Below are positions 9,012-18,861 of a DNA stretch of 64,000 bases, piece after piece (positions within the stretch are counted from its first letter, which is position 1; each line of letters starts with the position of its first letter). The translations under genes were made by a program, and so were the position numbers. The stretch spans positions 18,489 to 82,488 of IMG/VR virus record IMGVR_UViG_3300027973_000043. The stretch is one strand, 5' to 3'. Under the pieces are notes generated by a model, which had not been told where the DNA came from, did not search any database, and saw only the letters and a list, made by a program, of their open reading frames with translations. Source of the stretch: a virus.

Positions 9012-11537
9012 TTATTTAATATAGAAAAGAACAAATTTAGATTCTCCTGTATCAATTTCTGCTAATTTTGTCAAGTTATTACCACTTAAACGACTAGCTT
9101 TTCTAGCAGAGTCAAATAAACGTATAGTATCACTTAATCCGTTGAATGTTATATATTTGTATCCTCTATTACTAATACGATTTAATAATGTGTTTAACAA
9201 CGGTTTTACATGTAAACGATAAGGTTTATCAACAACAAGATTAGAAACGTAAAATGTATTTTTTGGAGTACATATATTTTCTATTCCATTATTAATAACA
9301 GATTGTTCAAATTTATCATCGAAAAAGGTAATTTCACTAGTGTCCACGTATTCTAGCATATTATATTCACTATTCACATCCATACGATAACCATAACCAT
9401 AACCTACTAATTGGTTTGAGTCATCAAATATACCTTCTCCTATAAAACCGCTCATTGTTGAATCTCTAATTACTGAACTTGCATCTGCTGCATAGTCTGA
9501 TGAGAAATTTCTATCTTCAATACTGTTTATATTTGTTGAATTAGAACGAATTACATCTGTTGAGAGAGAATTTAGTGTTGCTTCTGTTAAACTTTGTTTG
9601 GCTTCTGTAAGACTTTTATTAGAATACTTTGGAGGTTCTGCAATACTTTGTAATATAATAGGTGGAATAACTTGACCGTTTAATGATACATATTTGGCAT
9701 AATCATAAGAATATTCTGGATTTTCTGCAATACTTTGTAATATAATAGGTGGAACATTTTGACCTTTTAATACATCTCTGGCATAAAGATAAGAATATTC
9801 TGGACCTTTTGCAATACTTTGTAATATAATAGGCGGAACATTTTGACCTTTTAATACATCTTTAGCATAATTATAAGAATAAGATGTATTTTCTGCAATA
9901 CTTTGTTCTATAATAGGCGGAACATTTTTTCCTTTTAATACATCTTTAGCATAATTATAAGAATAATATGTATTTTCTGCAATACCCTGTTCTATAATAT
10001 CTGGAACATTTTGTCCTTTTAATACATCTTTAGCATAATTATAAGAATATTCTGGACTTGTTGCAATACTTTGTAATATAATAGGCGGAACATTTTTTCC
10101 TTTTAATACATATTTGGCATAATTATAAGAATAATATATATTTTCTGCAATACTTTGTTCTATAATATCTGGAACATTTTGACCTTTTAATACCTCTTTA
10201 GCATAATAATAAGAATACGCTGGATCTTTTGCAATACCCTGTTCTATAATATCTGGAACATTTTGTCCTTTTTCTAATACATTTACAGCATAATCATAAG
10301 AATATTCTGGACCTTTTGCAATACTTTGTAATATAATAGGTGGAACATTTTGTCCGTTTAATACATCTCTGGCATAAAGATAAGAATACTCTGGATCTTT
10401 TGCTATATTTTCAAAATATCTTTCCTTTTGTTTTTCAGAGAAATATTTTTCAGTCAAATCATAAGGAATAATTTTTTGTAATTCAGAAGCTAATAAAAGT
10501 AATTTTTCAAAATCTTTATCATTTACATTTTTTTCAATTATATTCCAATTATCAGAGTCAAACTGATCTGTTTGAATATACATTTCATAATCTTCATATC
10601 CTGATAATTTAACAAAACCAATGTCACCTTCATCAATAGATTGAAATCTTTTTTCTTTTTCACCGTATGGTATAAATTGAAATACATTTTGATTAAACGG
10701 TTTTTGTAACATAGGAAATTTATTCTCTAATTCTTTTTCAGATATATTATATAAATCTTCAATCTGTTTTCCTGAAGGTTCTACAACAGTATATCCGAAT
10801 GTATTACTACTACCTTCTTCATTTCCCATTGCATCAATAACAATTAGTTCATTTTCTTTTCTATTTTTAGGTATAATGAAATATGTAGTCATTCCTAAAT
10901 TTTGCATTTTACCCATTCTATATTTCCAGTAATAATTACCAGACTTTGTAGAAATACAAAGATTAGTATTTCTTCCATAATAAATACATTTTTGTTTAGA
11001 ATCTGCTTTAAAAATAGTTATACTATTATCTTCATAAACTTTATCTTCTTCTTCGTTCATTATTTTTCCACTAAATTCTTCTTTTTTTTGATAGCGATGA
11101 ATAGTTTCTATTAATTTTATTGTTTTACTTTTAATTAATTCTAACTTTTCTGCCTTTTTATCAGGTTTGAATAATCCTTTGGATTTGATTTCGTTTTGTA
11201 AATTTATTACATAATCTGATAATAATTTTTTACCCACAGATGTTTCTGAGTTTAGATAAGCAGAATATTCTCTTTTGATGTTTTCTATAGATAAACCGAT
11301 ATTTTCTCCAACCATATACACATATGTTAGTGCAACAAGATCAGAATCTTTTTTAGCTTTTTCTCTACCTTCATCAACTCTTACATTATTATAAATATCT
11401 AAAATTTTATCAACATCCTCTGGTGGTAAACCATTGTTATTAACTATTTTTGTTATTTGATTAACTGATGATGTATAATCTTCTGCAATAATAGTTTGTG
11501 GAAGAAAAACATTGAAATAAAATTCCTTGAAAGTCAT
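9012..11537 (-). CDS. 841-aa protein with about nine 28-aa helical repeats and a possible GNAT-like C-terminal domain
   Basis: Repeat PEYSYxYAKDVLKGQNVPPIILQSIAx; N-terminus MTFKEFY...IIAE; C-terminal FYVSNLVVDKPYR...GYKYITF. Confidence 0.7.
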   Translation of the reverse strand: MTFKEFYFNVFLPQTIIAEDYTSSVNQITKIVNNNGLPPEDVDKILDIYNNVRVDEGREKAKKDSDLVALTYVYMVGENIGLSIENIKREYSAYLNSETSVGKKLLSDYVINLQNEIKSKGLFKPDKKAEKLELIKSKTIKLIETIHRYQKKEEFSGKIMNEEEDKVYEDNSITIFKADSKQKCIYYGRNTNLCISTKSGNYYWKYRMGKMQNLGMTTYFIIPKNRKENELIVIDAMGNEEGSSNTFGYTVVEPSGKQIEDLYNISEKELENKFPMLQKPFNQNVFQFIPYGEKEKRFQSIDEGDIGFVKLSGYEDYEMYIQTDQFDSDNWNIIEKNVNDKDFEKLLLLASELQKIIPYDLTEKYFSEKQKERYFENIAKDPEYSYLYARDVLNGQNVPPIILQSIAKGPEYSYDYAVNVLEKGQNVPDIIEQGIAKDPAYSYYYAKEVLKGQNVPDIIEQSIAENIYYSYNYAKYVLKGKNVPPIILQSIATSPEYSYNYAKDVLKGQNVPDIIEQGIAENTYYSYNYAKDVLKGKNVPPIIEQSIAENTSYSYNYAKDVLKGQNVPPIILQSIAKGPEYSYLYARDVLKGQNVPPIILQSIAENPEYSYDYAKYVSLNGQVIPPIILQSIAEPPKYSNKSLTEAKQSLTEATLNSLSTDVIRSNSTNINSIEDRNFSSDYAADASSVIRDSTMSGFIGEGIFDDSNQLVGYGYGYRMDVNSEYNMLEYVDTSEITFFDDKFEQSVINNGIENICTPKNTFYVSNLVVDKPYRLHVKPLLNTLLNRISNRGYKYITFNGLSDTIRLFDSARKASRLSGNNLTKLAEIDTGESKFVLFYIK
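9640..10410 (-). repeat. coding tandem repeat, 84-bp unit, about 9 copies
   Basis: GCAATACTTTGTAATATAATAGG(T/C)GGAACATTTTG recurs with a period of about 84 bp. Confidence 0.9.
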
Positions 11538-11553
11538 ATTTCTATTTATTATT

Positions 11554-11991
11554 TTATAGCAACTCCTCTGATCTTAGATATATATCTTTTACTTTTGGAC
11601 CATTGCTATAATGACTTATCATATCATCGTCAGGACGCATTCTTGGGTTTATTTGTCTTGCTGCTCTGGCTATTTTAAGTGCATCTTGTCTAGACAAGAA
11701 TCTTCCTTTGGAAGTGGTAAAACCATCTTCGAGAATATCGTTTATTATTGTATAACCATCTTTTTCGTCTTGAAGTTCTCTTATTCCATTTAAGAATTTA
11801 TCGGTTATACTTTTAGGAAACCATCCCTTTTCCCATGCAGAGGTTTGTGCATCATAGTGAAAGGCTCCCTCTATTATTTCTCCTGTTTTTTTATTTCTAA
11901 TAGCAGCACTTGAGATAGATTCTTCTGGCGTTATCTTTGCTCCAGTTATAGATAAATTTTCATATAATAAGAAGAACGTTTTAAATCTCAT
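11554..11991 (-). CDS. hypothetical phage protein
   Basis: Start MRFKTFFLLYE; GFTTSKGRFLSR motif. Confidence 0.6.
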   Translation of the reverse strand: MRFKTFFLLYENLSITGAKITPEESISSAAIRNKKTGEIIEGAFHYDAQTSAWEKGWFPKSITDKFLNGIRELQDEKDGYTIINDILEDGFTTSKGRFLSRQDALKIARAARQINPRMRPDDDMISHYSNGPKVKDIYLRSEELL

Positions 11992-12015
11992 AATTTTGTT
12001 TATCCTGTAAAGTCT

Positions 12016-12423
12016 TTATTCATGAGTTTGAGAAAAAATAATTAATTCTCCCAACACTTCAATCAAACCTACAATTTTTTGAAATTCTGTTTGTTGCATT
12101 TTGATAGTGCCGTCCATAGCATCATTTAATTGGTTAGTAAGTTGTTTTAATTGCTTTTTTGCTTGAGCTATATCAAATTTACCATTTGCGGCTTTTTTAT
12201 AATATGGTAATTTTACTTTGAAGTGATGATATGTTAGCATAGCAGGACCACCTTTTTCATGTGCCGCATCAGCTATCTTTTCAGCACCAGAATTACGTTT
12301 TTCTGCAAATTTTTGAAATGCATCTTTTTGCGTTTCTTTTTTCTCGCTCTCAGAACATAAACTTTCGCCTAATTCTCTAGAATAGGTTTTTGAAAAATTT
12401 AAATAAAAATCATTGAAATTCAT
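12016..12423 (-). CDS. hypothetical protein
   Basis: Start MNFNDFY after TATAAATAGAAAT. Confidence 0.6.
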   Translation of the reverse strand: MNFNDFYLNFSKTYSRELGESLCSESEKKETQKDAFQKFAEKRNSGAEKIADAAHEKGGPAMLTYHHFKVKLPYYKKAANGKFDIAQAKKQLKQLTNQLNDAMDGTIKMQQTEFQKIVGLIEVLGELIIFSQTHE

Positions 12424-12454
12424 ATTTCTATTTATAAAGATAAATAGAAATATG
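12421..12454. promoter_or_regulatory. back-to-back late-type promoters forming a perfect 15-bp inverted repeat
   Basis: CATATTTCTATTTAT-AAAG-ATAAATAGAAATATG; the same 15-mer precedes the gene starting at 11537. Confidence 0.7.
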
Positions 12455-12754
12455 GACGACCCTCTTGCAACAATCTATGAGAATAATATGCTTCGTGGTA
12501 TTGGAGCAGCACTAACGCTTGCTACCTCTCCACTTGCTGCAAAAGATTCTCCGCAAGATTATAAAACTGCTGCTTCTCAAATTGCAAATTATATTAAAAC
12601 TTTTGATTCACAAATAAATTTGACAAATGATGCTAATAAAAGAAATAATTTATTAAAACAAAAAGAAAATGAAATTTCCCGTTTAAAATTTATAATTAAT
12701 AAACTTCGTGAAATGGGAGTTTCTGATGATGAAATAAGAAAATTAAATAAGTAA
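12452..12754 (+). CDS. hypothetical protein with a signal-peptide-like segment after an IYE site
   Basis: MDDPLATIYE-NNMLRGIGAALTLATSPLAA. Confidence 0.55.
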   Translation: MDDPLATIYENNMLRGIGAALTLATSPLAAKDSPQDYKTAASQIANYIKTFDSQINLTNDANKRNNLLKQKENEISRLKFIINKLREMGVSDDEIRKLNK

Positions 12755-12759
12755 AAGAT

Positions 12760-13143
12760 ATGTATCTTCAACCAAGCACAAGCATAAGTTATAATGACCG
12801 CAGAGAATTATTTGCATGGGAATTAATGACAGGCGGACACGGACAAGTTTATTTGAGTGGAGCAGGAACTTTTACTCCTAGTACATCTTCTTTTGTATTT
12901 TATAAAATAGACTTCTTAGCAAATTCTGTTGTTTCTAGTGCAGGATTTCGTTCTATAGCAGACGATAATAAAACCTTAATCTATCAAGTAAATGGATCAA
13001 GCTTTACAAATGTTGCTTTCACTTCTAGTCAAACATGGTTTGCACCATTAACAAGCATTACTCTCGCAAGTGGTAAGGCGATTGCTTATCAATATTCTAA
13101 GTTCCCACCAGAGGACTATATTTGCTCATCTTCTTGTAGATAA
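12760..13143 (+). CDS. hypothetical beta-rich protein, possibly structural
   Basis: Ser/Thr-rich ORF after ATAAGTA. Confidence 0.5.
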   Translation: MYLQPSTSISYNDRRELFAWELMTGGHGQVYLSGAGTFTPSTSSFVFYKIDFLANSVVSSAGFRSIADDNKTLIYQVNGSSFTNVAFTSSQTWFAPLTSITLASGKAIAYQYSKFPPEDYICSSSCR

Positions 13144-13145
13144 TT

Positions 13146-13283
13146 ATGGCTGGAAAAAAAGATGCATGTTATCATAAAGTAAAAGCACGTTATCGGGTAT
13201 TCCCTAGTGCTTATTCAAGCGGTGCTCTTGTGCAGTGTCGTAAGAAAGGTGCAAGCAATTGGGGAAAATCTAAAAAGAAATGA
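13146..13283 (+). CDS. small basic protein (not in ORF track)
   Basis: MAGKKDACYHKVKARYRVFPSAYSSGALVQCRKKGASNWGKSKKK*, resembling small conserved proteins of T4-like aquatic phages. Confidence 0.7.
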   Translation: MAGKKDACYHKVKARYRVFPSAYSSGALVQCRKKGASNWGKSKKK

Positions 13284-13528
13284 ATCAATTTGACAGTTTT
13301 GTAAATTCTATCTTAGGAGAAGAAAGTCTTCATGACTGGTTTTCTCATAAAAGTGGCGGAAAGCCAGGATGGGTAGACTGTAAAACTAAAAAACCTTGTG
13401 GACGACAAAAAGGCGAGAAGCGTAAAAGCTATCCCGCCTGTCGTCCTACACTTTCTCAGTGTAATTCTTCTATGAAGAAAAAGAAAAGTTCTAAAAGAAT
13501 ATCTTGGAAATCTAAAAAGAAGAAGTAG
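13280..13528 (+). CDS. small basic Cys-containing phage protein
   Basis: SLHDWF...GWVDCKTKKPCGRQKGEKRKSYPACRP; ATGA overlap with the upstream ORF. Confidence 0.7.
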   Translation: MNQFDSFVNSILGEESLHDWFSHKSGGKPGWVDCKTKKPCGRQKGEKRKSYPACRPTLSQCNSSMKKKKSSKRISWKSKKKK

Positions 13529-13757
13529 TTTTCTTTCCTTCTTTTTCAATTATGTATTCGTTTTTACGAATATTAATTATAGTTTTTTCTACATAACCTT
13601 TTATAAGACTACTCTCTAGATATATAAAAGGAAATAAAGTTTGTTCATCACGAACAACATGAAAGTAAATATTTTTGAAATTTTCTATTTCGTCAGGTTC
13701 AACCTGTGCATATCCGTCACAGAGAGATGTTATGTTTATATGTTGTGATTCATTCAT
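13512..13757 (-). CDS. hypothetical protein
   Basis: Likely start MNESQ overlapping the upstream stop. Confidence 0.5.
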   Translation of the reverse strand: MNESQHINITSLCDGYAQVEPDEIENFKNIYFHVVRDEQTLFPFIYLESSLIKGYVEKTIINIRKNEYIIEKEGKKTTSSF

Positions 13758-14052
13758 GTTTTGTAATTTGGTGAATTTTTTCGTCCAAAAAAATAGTAGT
13801 TCTTTCAAATAAAAAGGCAAATGCACTACCAGCAAATGTTAATAAGAACATTTTAGAAGGAAAAACAATAGTTGAGAAAAAAGCTGCAACCCAAAATCCT
13901 GTACAAAGAGAGCATTTAATTAAGTCTTTTAGAAAAGAATTTTTATTAAGTGTTTGGCGAATACGAAGCTTGTCCATAATTGTTGAATGAACAATTATAA
14001 ATGTAAGACCTGCTGTTGCGAATAAAAAAAGAAATAAATCTGTAATAGTCAT
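13750..14052 (-). CDS. small membrane protein (DUF1360-like)
   Basis: Hydrophobic helices and LIKCSLCTGFW motif. Confidence 0.65.
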   Translation of the reverse strand: MTITDLFLFLFATAGLTFIIVHSTIMDKLRIRQTLNKNSFLKDLIKCSLCTGFWVAAFFSTIVFPSKMFLLTFAGSAFAFLFERTTIFLDEKIHQITKHE

Positions 14053-15044
14053 TTTAGTTTAAAAAATTTAAGAACTTTATCGAATAGTTTTTGAAGCTTT
14101 GAAAAGCTAGCAATTGATTGAATTGTTACAACTTCCCCAAAAATACTTTCAGGATTTACAATTCCCCAACCGCTGTGATTGTCCCAGCCTTTATTCTCTA
14201 CATCAATTGCAGTACTATATAACATTTTCTTAATTTCGTCAACAGTTAAATTTTTATTTTCTGCTTTATATTTTGAAATAATAAGAGCAACAACACCAGT
14301 AATAACAGGAGTTGCCATGCTTGTTCCGCTCAGAACCGCATAACCTTTGTTAAGATATGTTGAAAGAATTTTATCTCCTGGTGCCATAATATCTAATTCT
14401 TTTCCCCATGAAGAAAACTTTGAACGATCTTTTAAAATTGTATCAGAATAAGAACCAACTGTAATTACTTCTTCATATTTTGCAGGATAAAGAATGTTTT
14501 CTTCACCATTATTACCTGCTGCACAAACTACTACAGTTCCGTTCGAAACTAGTTTTTTAATAACCTCATGAACTTCTGGCATTGGATCTGGACCGCCAAG
14601 GCTAAGATTAATTACATCAGGACATATTTTTAAACAATACTGTAATCCTTTTAAAATGCTATCATTTTTACTACGACCATTTTTATCTAACACTTTTCCT
14701 GTAATAATTGTAACTTCAGGCGCAATACCAACAATGCCTTCTGTGTTGTTTATTGCACCAATCGTGCCGGTGCAGTGACATCCATGGCCAATATAAGAAT
14801 CAAATATATCTTCTCCGTCAATAAAAGACTGACATTTACTTAAGTCTATGTTTTTCATCAAATCAGGATGATCTATTGGACAACCAGTGTCTAGAACCAT
14901 TACTTTTACTCTTTTACCTTTACTTTTACTCCAAATTTTTGGTATATTTAAATCTCTCACATTTTGAGGATAAATCTGAGATAGTACATGAGCACTACCT
15001 ACATCGTGAATTTCGTATCGGGGAAGAAAACATTCGTTGGGCAT
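14049..15044 (-). CDS. subtilisin-like serine protease (peptidase S8)
   Basis: Triad motifs VLDTG, HGCHCTG, SGTSMATP; AAGN oxyanion hole. Confidence 0.95.
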   Translation of the reverse strand: MPNECFLPRYEIHDVGSAHVLSQIYPQNVRDLNIPKIWSKSKGKRVKVMVLDTGCPIDHPDLMKNIDLSKCQSFIDGEDIFDSYIGHGCHCTGTIGAINNTEGIVGIAPEVTIITGKVLDKNGRSKNDSILKGLQYCLKICPDVINLSLGGPDPMPEVHEVIKKLVSNGTVVVCAAGNNGEENILYPAKYEEVITVGSYSDTILKDRSKFSSWGKELDIMAPGDKILSTYLNKGYAVLSGTSMATPVITGVVALIISKYKAENKNLTVDEIKKMLYSTAIDVENKGWDNHSGWGIVNPESIFGEVVTIQSIASFSKLQKLFDKVLKFFKLK

Positions 15045-15089
15045 GAAAATATTTATTCATGCCCAACGATTGTATAGATTTTTTATAGA

Positions 15090-15431
15090 TTAAAACTTTT
15101 TATTTCCGTGCTTATAACTTCTAGTCTTATTCATTTCGATTTTTGCTACTAATGCTTCTGCAATACGATATTTTCTTGCTGCTGTAAAATCCATTATACG
15201 AATTATAACGTCAGCTAACTCTGCTTCTGCTCCACTAAATTCAGGAATCTTATCATCAGGAGGATTATCGTTTCGCAATGCTTCAAGAGCTTCTGAAAGC
15301 TCAGAATGAATAAGAGCTATAAGTTCTCCGTCGTTTCGGTCATTTTCCCACCAGCCTTTTTCTTTAGCCGTTTCATGAACATTTTTGGATATAATGTTAA
15401 AGGTTTCTATAAATGTTGTATTTGTATTCAT
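15090..15431 (-). CDS. MazG-like nucleotide pyrophosphohydrolase
   Basis: LIHSELSEALEA...ELADVIIRIMD. Confidence 0.85.
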   Translation of the reverse strand: MNTNTTFIETFNIISKNVHETAKEKGWWENDRNDGELIALIHSELSEALEALRNDNPPDDKIPEFSGAEAELADVIIRIMDFTAARKYRIAEALVAKIEMNKTRSYKHGNKKF

Positions 15432-15463
15432 AAGTTTGTTTTTTTTTGTTTTTCTCGGCAATT

Positions 15464-16147
15464 TTATTTATGGTTTAATTCTGTTTTCTTTTGATGAATC
15501 ATATCAACGCATTTAAAAAAACCAGCTCCGTCAATTAAATTATCTCTTTTTGGTTGAAACTTTTCACGGGAAAGTTTCACACCAACCATCATAAGTCCAA
15601 CCGTTTCTGGTGAAATGTCTGGAAGACCAAGTTGCATTCCCCATACTCTGCCAATGTCAGTAAAATTATCATAAGGATGACCATATAATGACTGACGATC
15701 AAAGCTTACAAGATGATCTGCAATTTCGCAAATACTTTTTTCATGTTCATCTTTTTTAAGCTCTAAAACATCAAGATTTTCGTTCCAACATTTAAGACCC
15801 ATTAACTTTGCTGCATGAAACTCAAGATTAGCGCCTTTACTATTTTCCCAATCATTTAAGAAAACTACTGCATCTGCTTTTGAAATCATTTTAAGTGATT
15901 CACGAATGTAATAACTGTAATGATGACCCGTTTCACCATTTGCAATTTCAGCAGGATTAAAAATGAAAGAATAACCAATTTCACGCAAAAGGCTTTCTAT
16001 CTCATAGAACTTTGGGTAATTATACTCTGGAAGACCTGTCATAGGTCCAGCGATATAAATTTTATAATTTTGATTGCAATTTACAATATCTCTTAAATTC
16101 ACTGTTTTTTCCTTTCTTATTAGTTTTTTTAATTTTTTTGATAACAA
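15464..16147 (-). CDS. DUF4406 (nucleoside deoxyribosyltransferase-like) fused to a DUF6378-like domain
   Basis: IYIAGPMTG...NPA...WENSKGANLE; DRQSLYGHP...KLSRE...DNLIDGAGF; start codon uncertain. Confidence 0.75.
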   Translation of the reverse strand: MLSKKLKKLIRKEKTVNLRDIVNCNQNYKIYIAGPMTGLPEYNYPKFYEIESLLREIGYSFIFNPAEIANGETGHHYSYYIRESLKMISKADAVVFLNDWENSKGANLEFHAAKLMGLKCWNENLDVLELKKDEHEKSICEIADHLVSFDRQSLYGHPYDNFTDIGRVWGMQLGLPDISPETVGLMMVGVKLSREKFQPKRDNLIDGAGFFKCVDMIHQKKTELNHK

Positions 16148-16418
16148 TTTCTTCTTTTTTATTTTGCAATAAATAAGAAGAAAAATAGGTTTTTTGTAAA
16201 AAAAAGTAATATTTAATACATAAATCTAATAAAGAAAAATTTAACGGACGATATGAATGTATAAACGAATCAGGAGAAGGATTGAGAATATCCTGGTATT
16301 CTACATTCTCTACTTCGGAATCAGGATGTTGTTGTTGTTTAGTTTTTTTCACAGTTTTGGAGTTTTAAAGGAAATCTGAGTAATATATTTTATTATACAC
16401 ACACCTCAACTTACTAGA

Positions 16419-17198
16419 TTAGAGGAAATTGTCAAGTTTATCTTTTAATTTTGTGTAACAATATAATACTGCAAAGTCCATAGGCTGTAAATCTATATAG
16501 TTTCTAATTTTTGTTGAATTGACATCTGCACCTATTTGCTTTTCTGATACATCACCGTCATTATCTATACTTAAACTTGCAAATTTATCAATTTTAAGAA
16601 TTTGTAAATAATATAAATCTGAACCTGTTTCTGTCTGAACAACATTATAAATTCCATTGTTCTTGTTTTCTAACAAAGTTAGTAAAGCTTTTTCTAAGTC
16701 TGGAAGATAAGTGTGACAATCCATCCAGTTTTTAGGAACATCACTATGTGTTATTTTTACAAGCCAGTTATCAGAATGATAATATTCGCTAAAAGGATTT
16801 TTTATTCGAAGTATAAGTCCGTTACTTTTTTCAATAAGAACTTCGGCTAATCGCTTAGTTAATAAATAAGTGCTTGAAGTATTTAATTCGGTTAAATCTT
16901 CTTTTGTATTGTTCCACTCGTAGTTACCTTTGTATAGTTCAGCAGTGGAAATATAAACAAATGGAATTTTCTTTTGTTTTGTATAATCTAAAATATGCGA
17001 AGGAATAGAGTAATTAACTGTTAGTAACTCAGCAAAATTTCCTTCTCTCATTTCTTCACAATAAATTACCGCAGAGTATTGATCTAAACGGTCAATTGAA
17101 TCATAAACCCATTGCCAAGATACAACTTCAAAGTCTGGATTATTTTTAAAGTATTCTGAAACTATATTGTTTCCTATTAAAAGATATTTTTTTTTCAT
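16419..17198 (-). CDS. divergent NAD-dependent epimerase/RmlD-like protein
   Basis: FVYISTAELY, YLLTK (YxxxK), LILRI, GIYNV; glycine-rich NAD motif is degenerate. Confidence 0.65.
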   Translation of the reverse strand: MKKKYLLIGNNIVSEYFKNNPDFEVVSWQWVYDSIDRLDQYSAVIYCEEMREGNFAELLTVNYSIPSHILDYTKQKKIPFVYISTAELYKGNYEWNNTKEDLTELNTSSTYLLTKRLAEVLIEKSNGLILRIKNPFSEYYHSDNWLVKITHSDVPKNWMDCHTYLPDLEKALLTLLENKNNGIYNVVQTETGSDLYYLQILKIDKFASLSIDNDGDVSEKQIGADVNSTKIRNYIDLQPMDFAVLYCYTKLKDKLDNFL

Positions 17199-17201
17199 AT
17201 G

Positions 17202-17789
17202 TTAATCTTCACAAGTTGCACACCCAAACATAGTATTTACTGGATAGATGGTATCGTTGTAATAGTCGTCCAGCCAAACTAAGGATTTTCTCTCAAATTC
17301 AGAATTTTTATTATTTTCTGCAACTAATTTACATAAATAAATATAATATTCGTCTGAATATATTCTTTTAGATAAATTTATATCTTTATGTAGAAGTTGC
17401 ACGTTATCAATAGTATAACCTTTTTTAGAATCTATTCTATCAACAGAAGCCGTTGATAATTTAAATACGTTATGGAATTGGATATATGTACCTGTTAAAG
17501 CGCATTTTTTATTCTGTTTAATCCATAAGTCTAAAATATCTTCTTCGGTTATATCACATATCCTGTTTTTAGATTTCGCGTGAACTTTTATCTGATTAAT
17601 AATTCTCTTAGGAATAACTCCTGTTTTTGATAGCTCTATTTTTTTCTGAATATTTAAAGTAGTAGCTCTAGAATATATCGAAGATAGCGTTTTTTGTAAT
17701 TTTGTTGCACAAGCCTTAGCTCCTATTCTTTCATAATTTTCAATTATAAAAGAATCTTCTTCATTATTCCATCTTTGTTTAGATTTCAT
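17202..17789 (-). CDS. HNH-like homing endonuclease downstream of nrdB
   Basis: KCALTG...SVDRIDSKKGYTIDNVQLL...N..K. Confidence 0.75.
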   Translation of the reverse strand: MKSKQRWNNEEDSFIIENYERIGAKACATKLQKTLSSIYSRATTLNIQKKIELSKTGVIPKRIINQIKVHAKSKNRICDITEEDILDLWIKQNKKCALTGTYIQFHNVFKLSTASVDRIDSKKGYTIDNVQLLHKDINLSKRIYSDEYYIYLCKLVAENNKNSEFERKSLVWLDDYYNDTIYPVNTMFGCATCED

Positions 17790-17791
17790 TT

Positions 17792-18850
17792 TTAAAATTC
17801 GAAATTTAAATCCATTGAATCAAGATCGTTACTAATCTTTCCCTTTTCGTAGTCTAATATAGGTTTTTCTTGAGGAGCCACATCAATTTCATCCGAATTT
17901 ATATATTCCTTGATCCAACTTCCCATTGGGTTTTTCTTTGTTTCGAAAATTTGGTCGTACCCCATTGAACGAAGACGAATATTGGCCAACCATTCAGGAT
18001 AACTTTGAAGTTGCTGAAGAGAAAGACCTAATAACGGACCCCGACTACATAAATATGTAGCCCAATCCTTTTCATGCTGAACAGCCATTTTATAAAATTC
18101 ATAAATTAAATTTTCGTTTTGATTAATTATATCAGAAAAACCTTCAGATGGATCAGTTTTCCATCTACGAATGATATTTTGTGTAATGGCTACATGTAAA
18201 TCTTCATCTCTATTAATAAGCTTGATAATATCTGCATTTCCCTTCATAAGACCACGACTACCAAACCAGTAAGTACATGCAAAACTTACATAAAATAATA
18301 TACCCTCTGCTATTTGTAGTGAGAGAACCGTTTTAAATATCTCTTCTTTCGGAGAATTACCCACGGACGACAGTAATTTATCAAATTGCTCAGTGAGTTG
18401 AGAAGCACGTTTCATTACTTCTTCATTTTCATAAATGCTATCAAAAAATTCACTTGGTTTTTTTACAATGTTTCTAAGAATATGCGTATAGCTCTCGGAA
18501 TGCGTATTTTCCATAAGCGTCCACCAATTCATAGCAAACTCTAATTCAGAATTTGAAACATATTTTTTAAGACTTTCAATAGTTCTCGAAAGACAAGAAT
18601 CGCCTACTGTCTGAAAGGATAGATTATTTACAAAAACAAATCTTTCTGTTTCTGTTAAATTTTCAAACTGCGCTCGGTCGTTAGAAATAGGAATTTCATT
18701 AGGTTGCCAGTAATTTTTTCGTTGATTCTCGTAAGATTTTTGAAATTCTGGATATTTTACAATATCGTATCTCTGCAATCCTAAGTCTTCGCCAAAAAAC
18801 ATTGGCTGTTGTAAAATATCTACTGGTTTTTTATTTAGTACTGTGTTCAT
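17792..18850 (-). CDS. nrdB: ribonucleotide reductase class Ia beta subunit
   Basis: YWQPNEI, DS, ENTHSESY, EGILFYVSF, RDEDLH. Confidence 0.95.
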   Translation of the reverse strand: MNTVLNKKPVDILQQPMFFGEDLGLQRYDIVKYPEFQKSYENQRKNYWQPNEIPISNDRAQFENLTETERFVFVNNLSFQTVGDSCLSRTIESLKKYVSNSELEFAMNWWTLMENTHSESYTHILRNIVKKPSEFFDSIYENEEVMKRASQLTEQFDKLLSSVGNSPKEEIFKTVLSLQIAEGILFYVSFACTYWFGSRGLMKGNADIIKLINRDEDLHVAITQNIIRRWKTDPSEGFSDIINQNENLIYEFYKMAVQHEKDWATYLCSRGPLLGLSLQQLQSYPEWLANIRLRSMGYDQIFETKKNPMGSWIKEYINSDEIDVAPQEKPILDYEKGKISNDLDSMDLNFEF

Positions 18851-18861
18851 ATAGTTTGATT

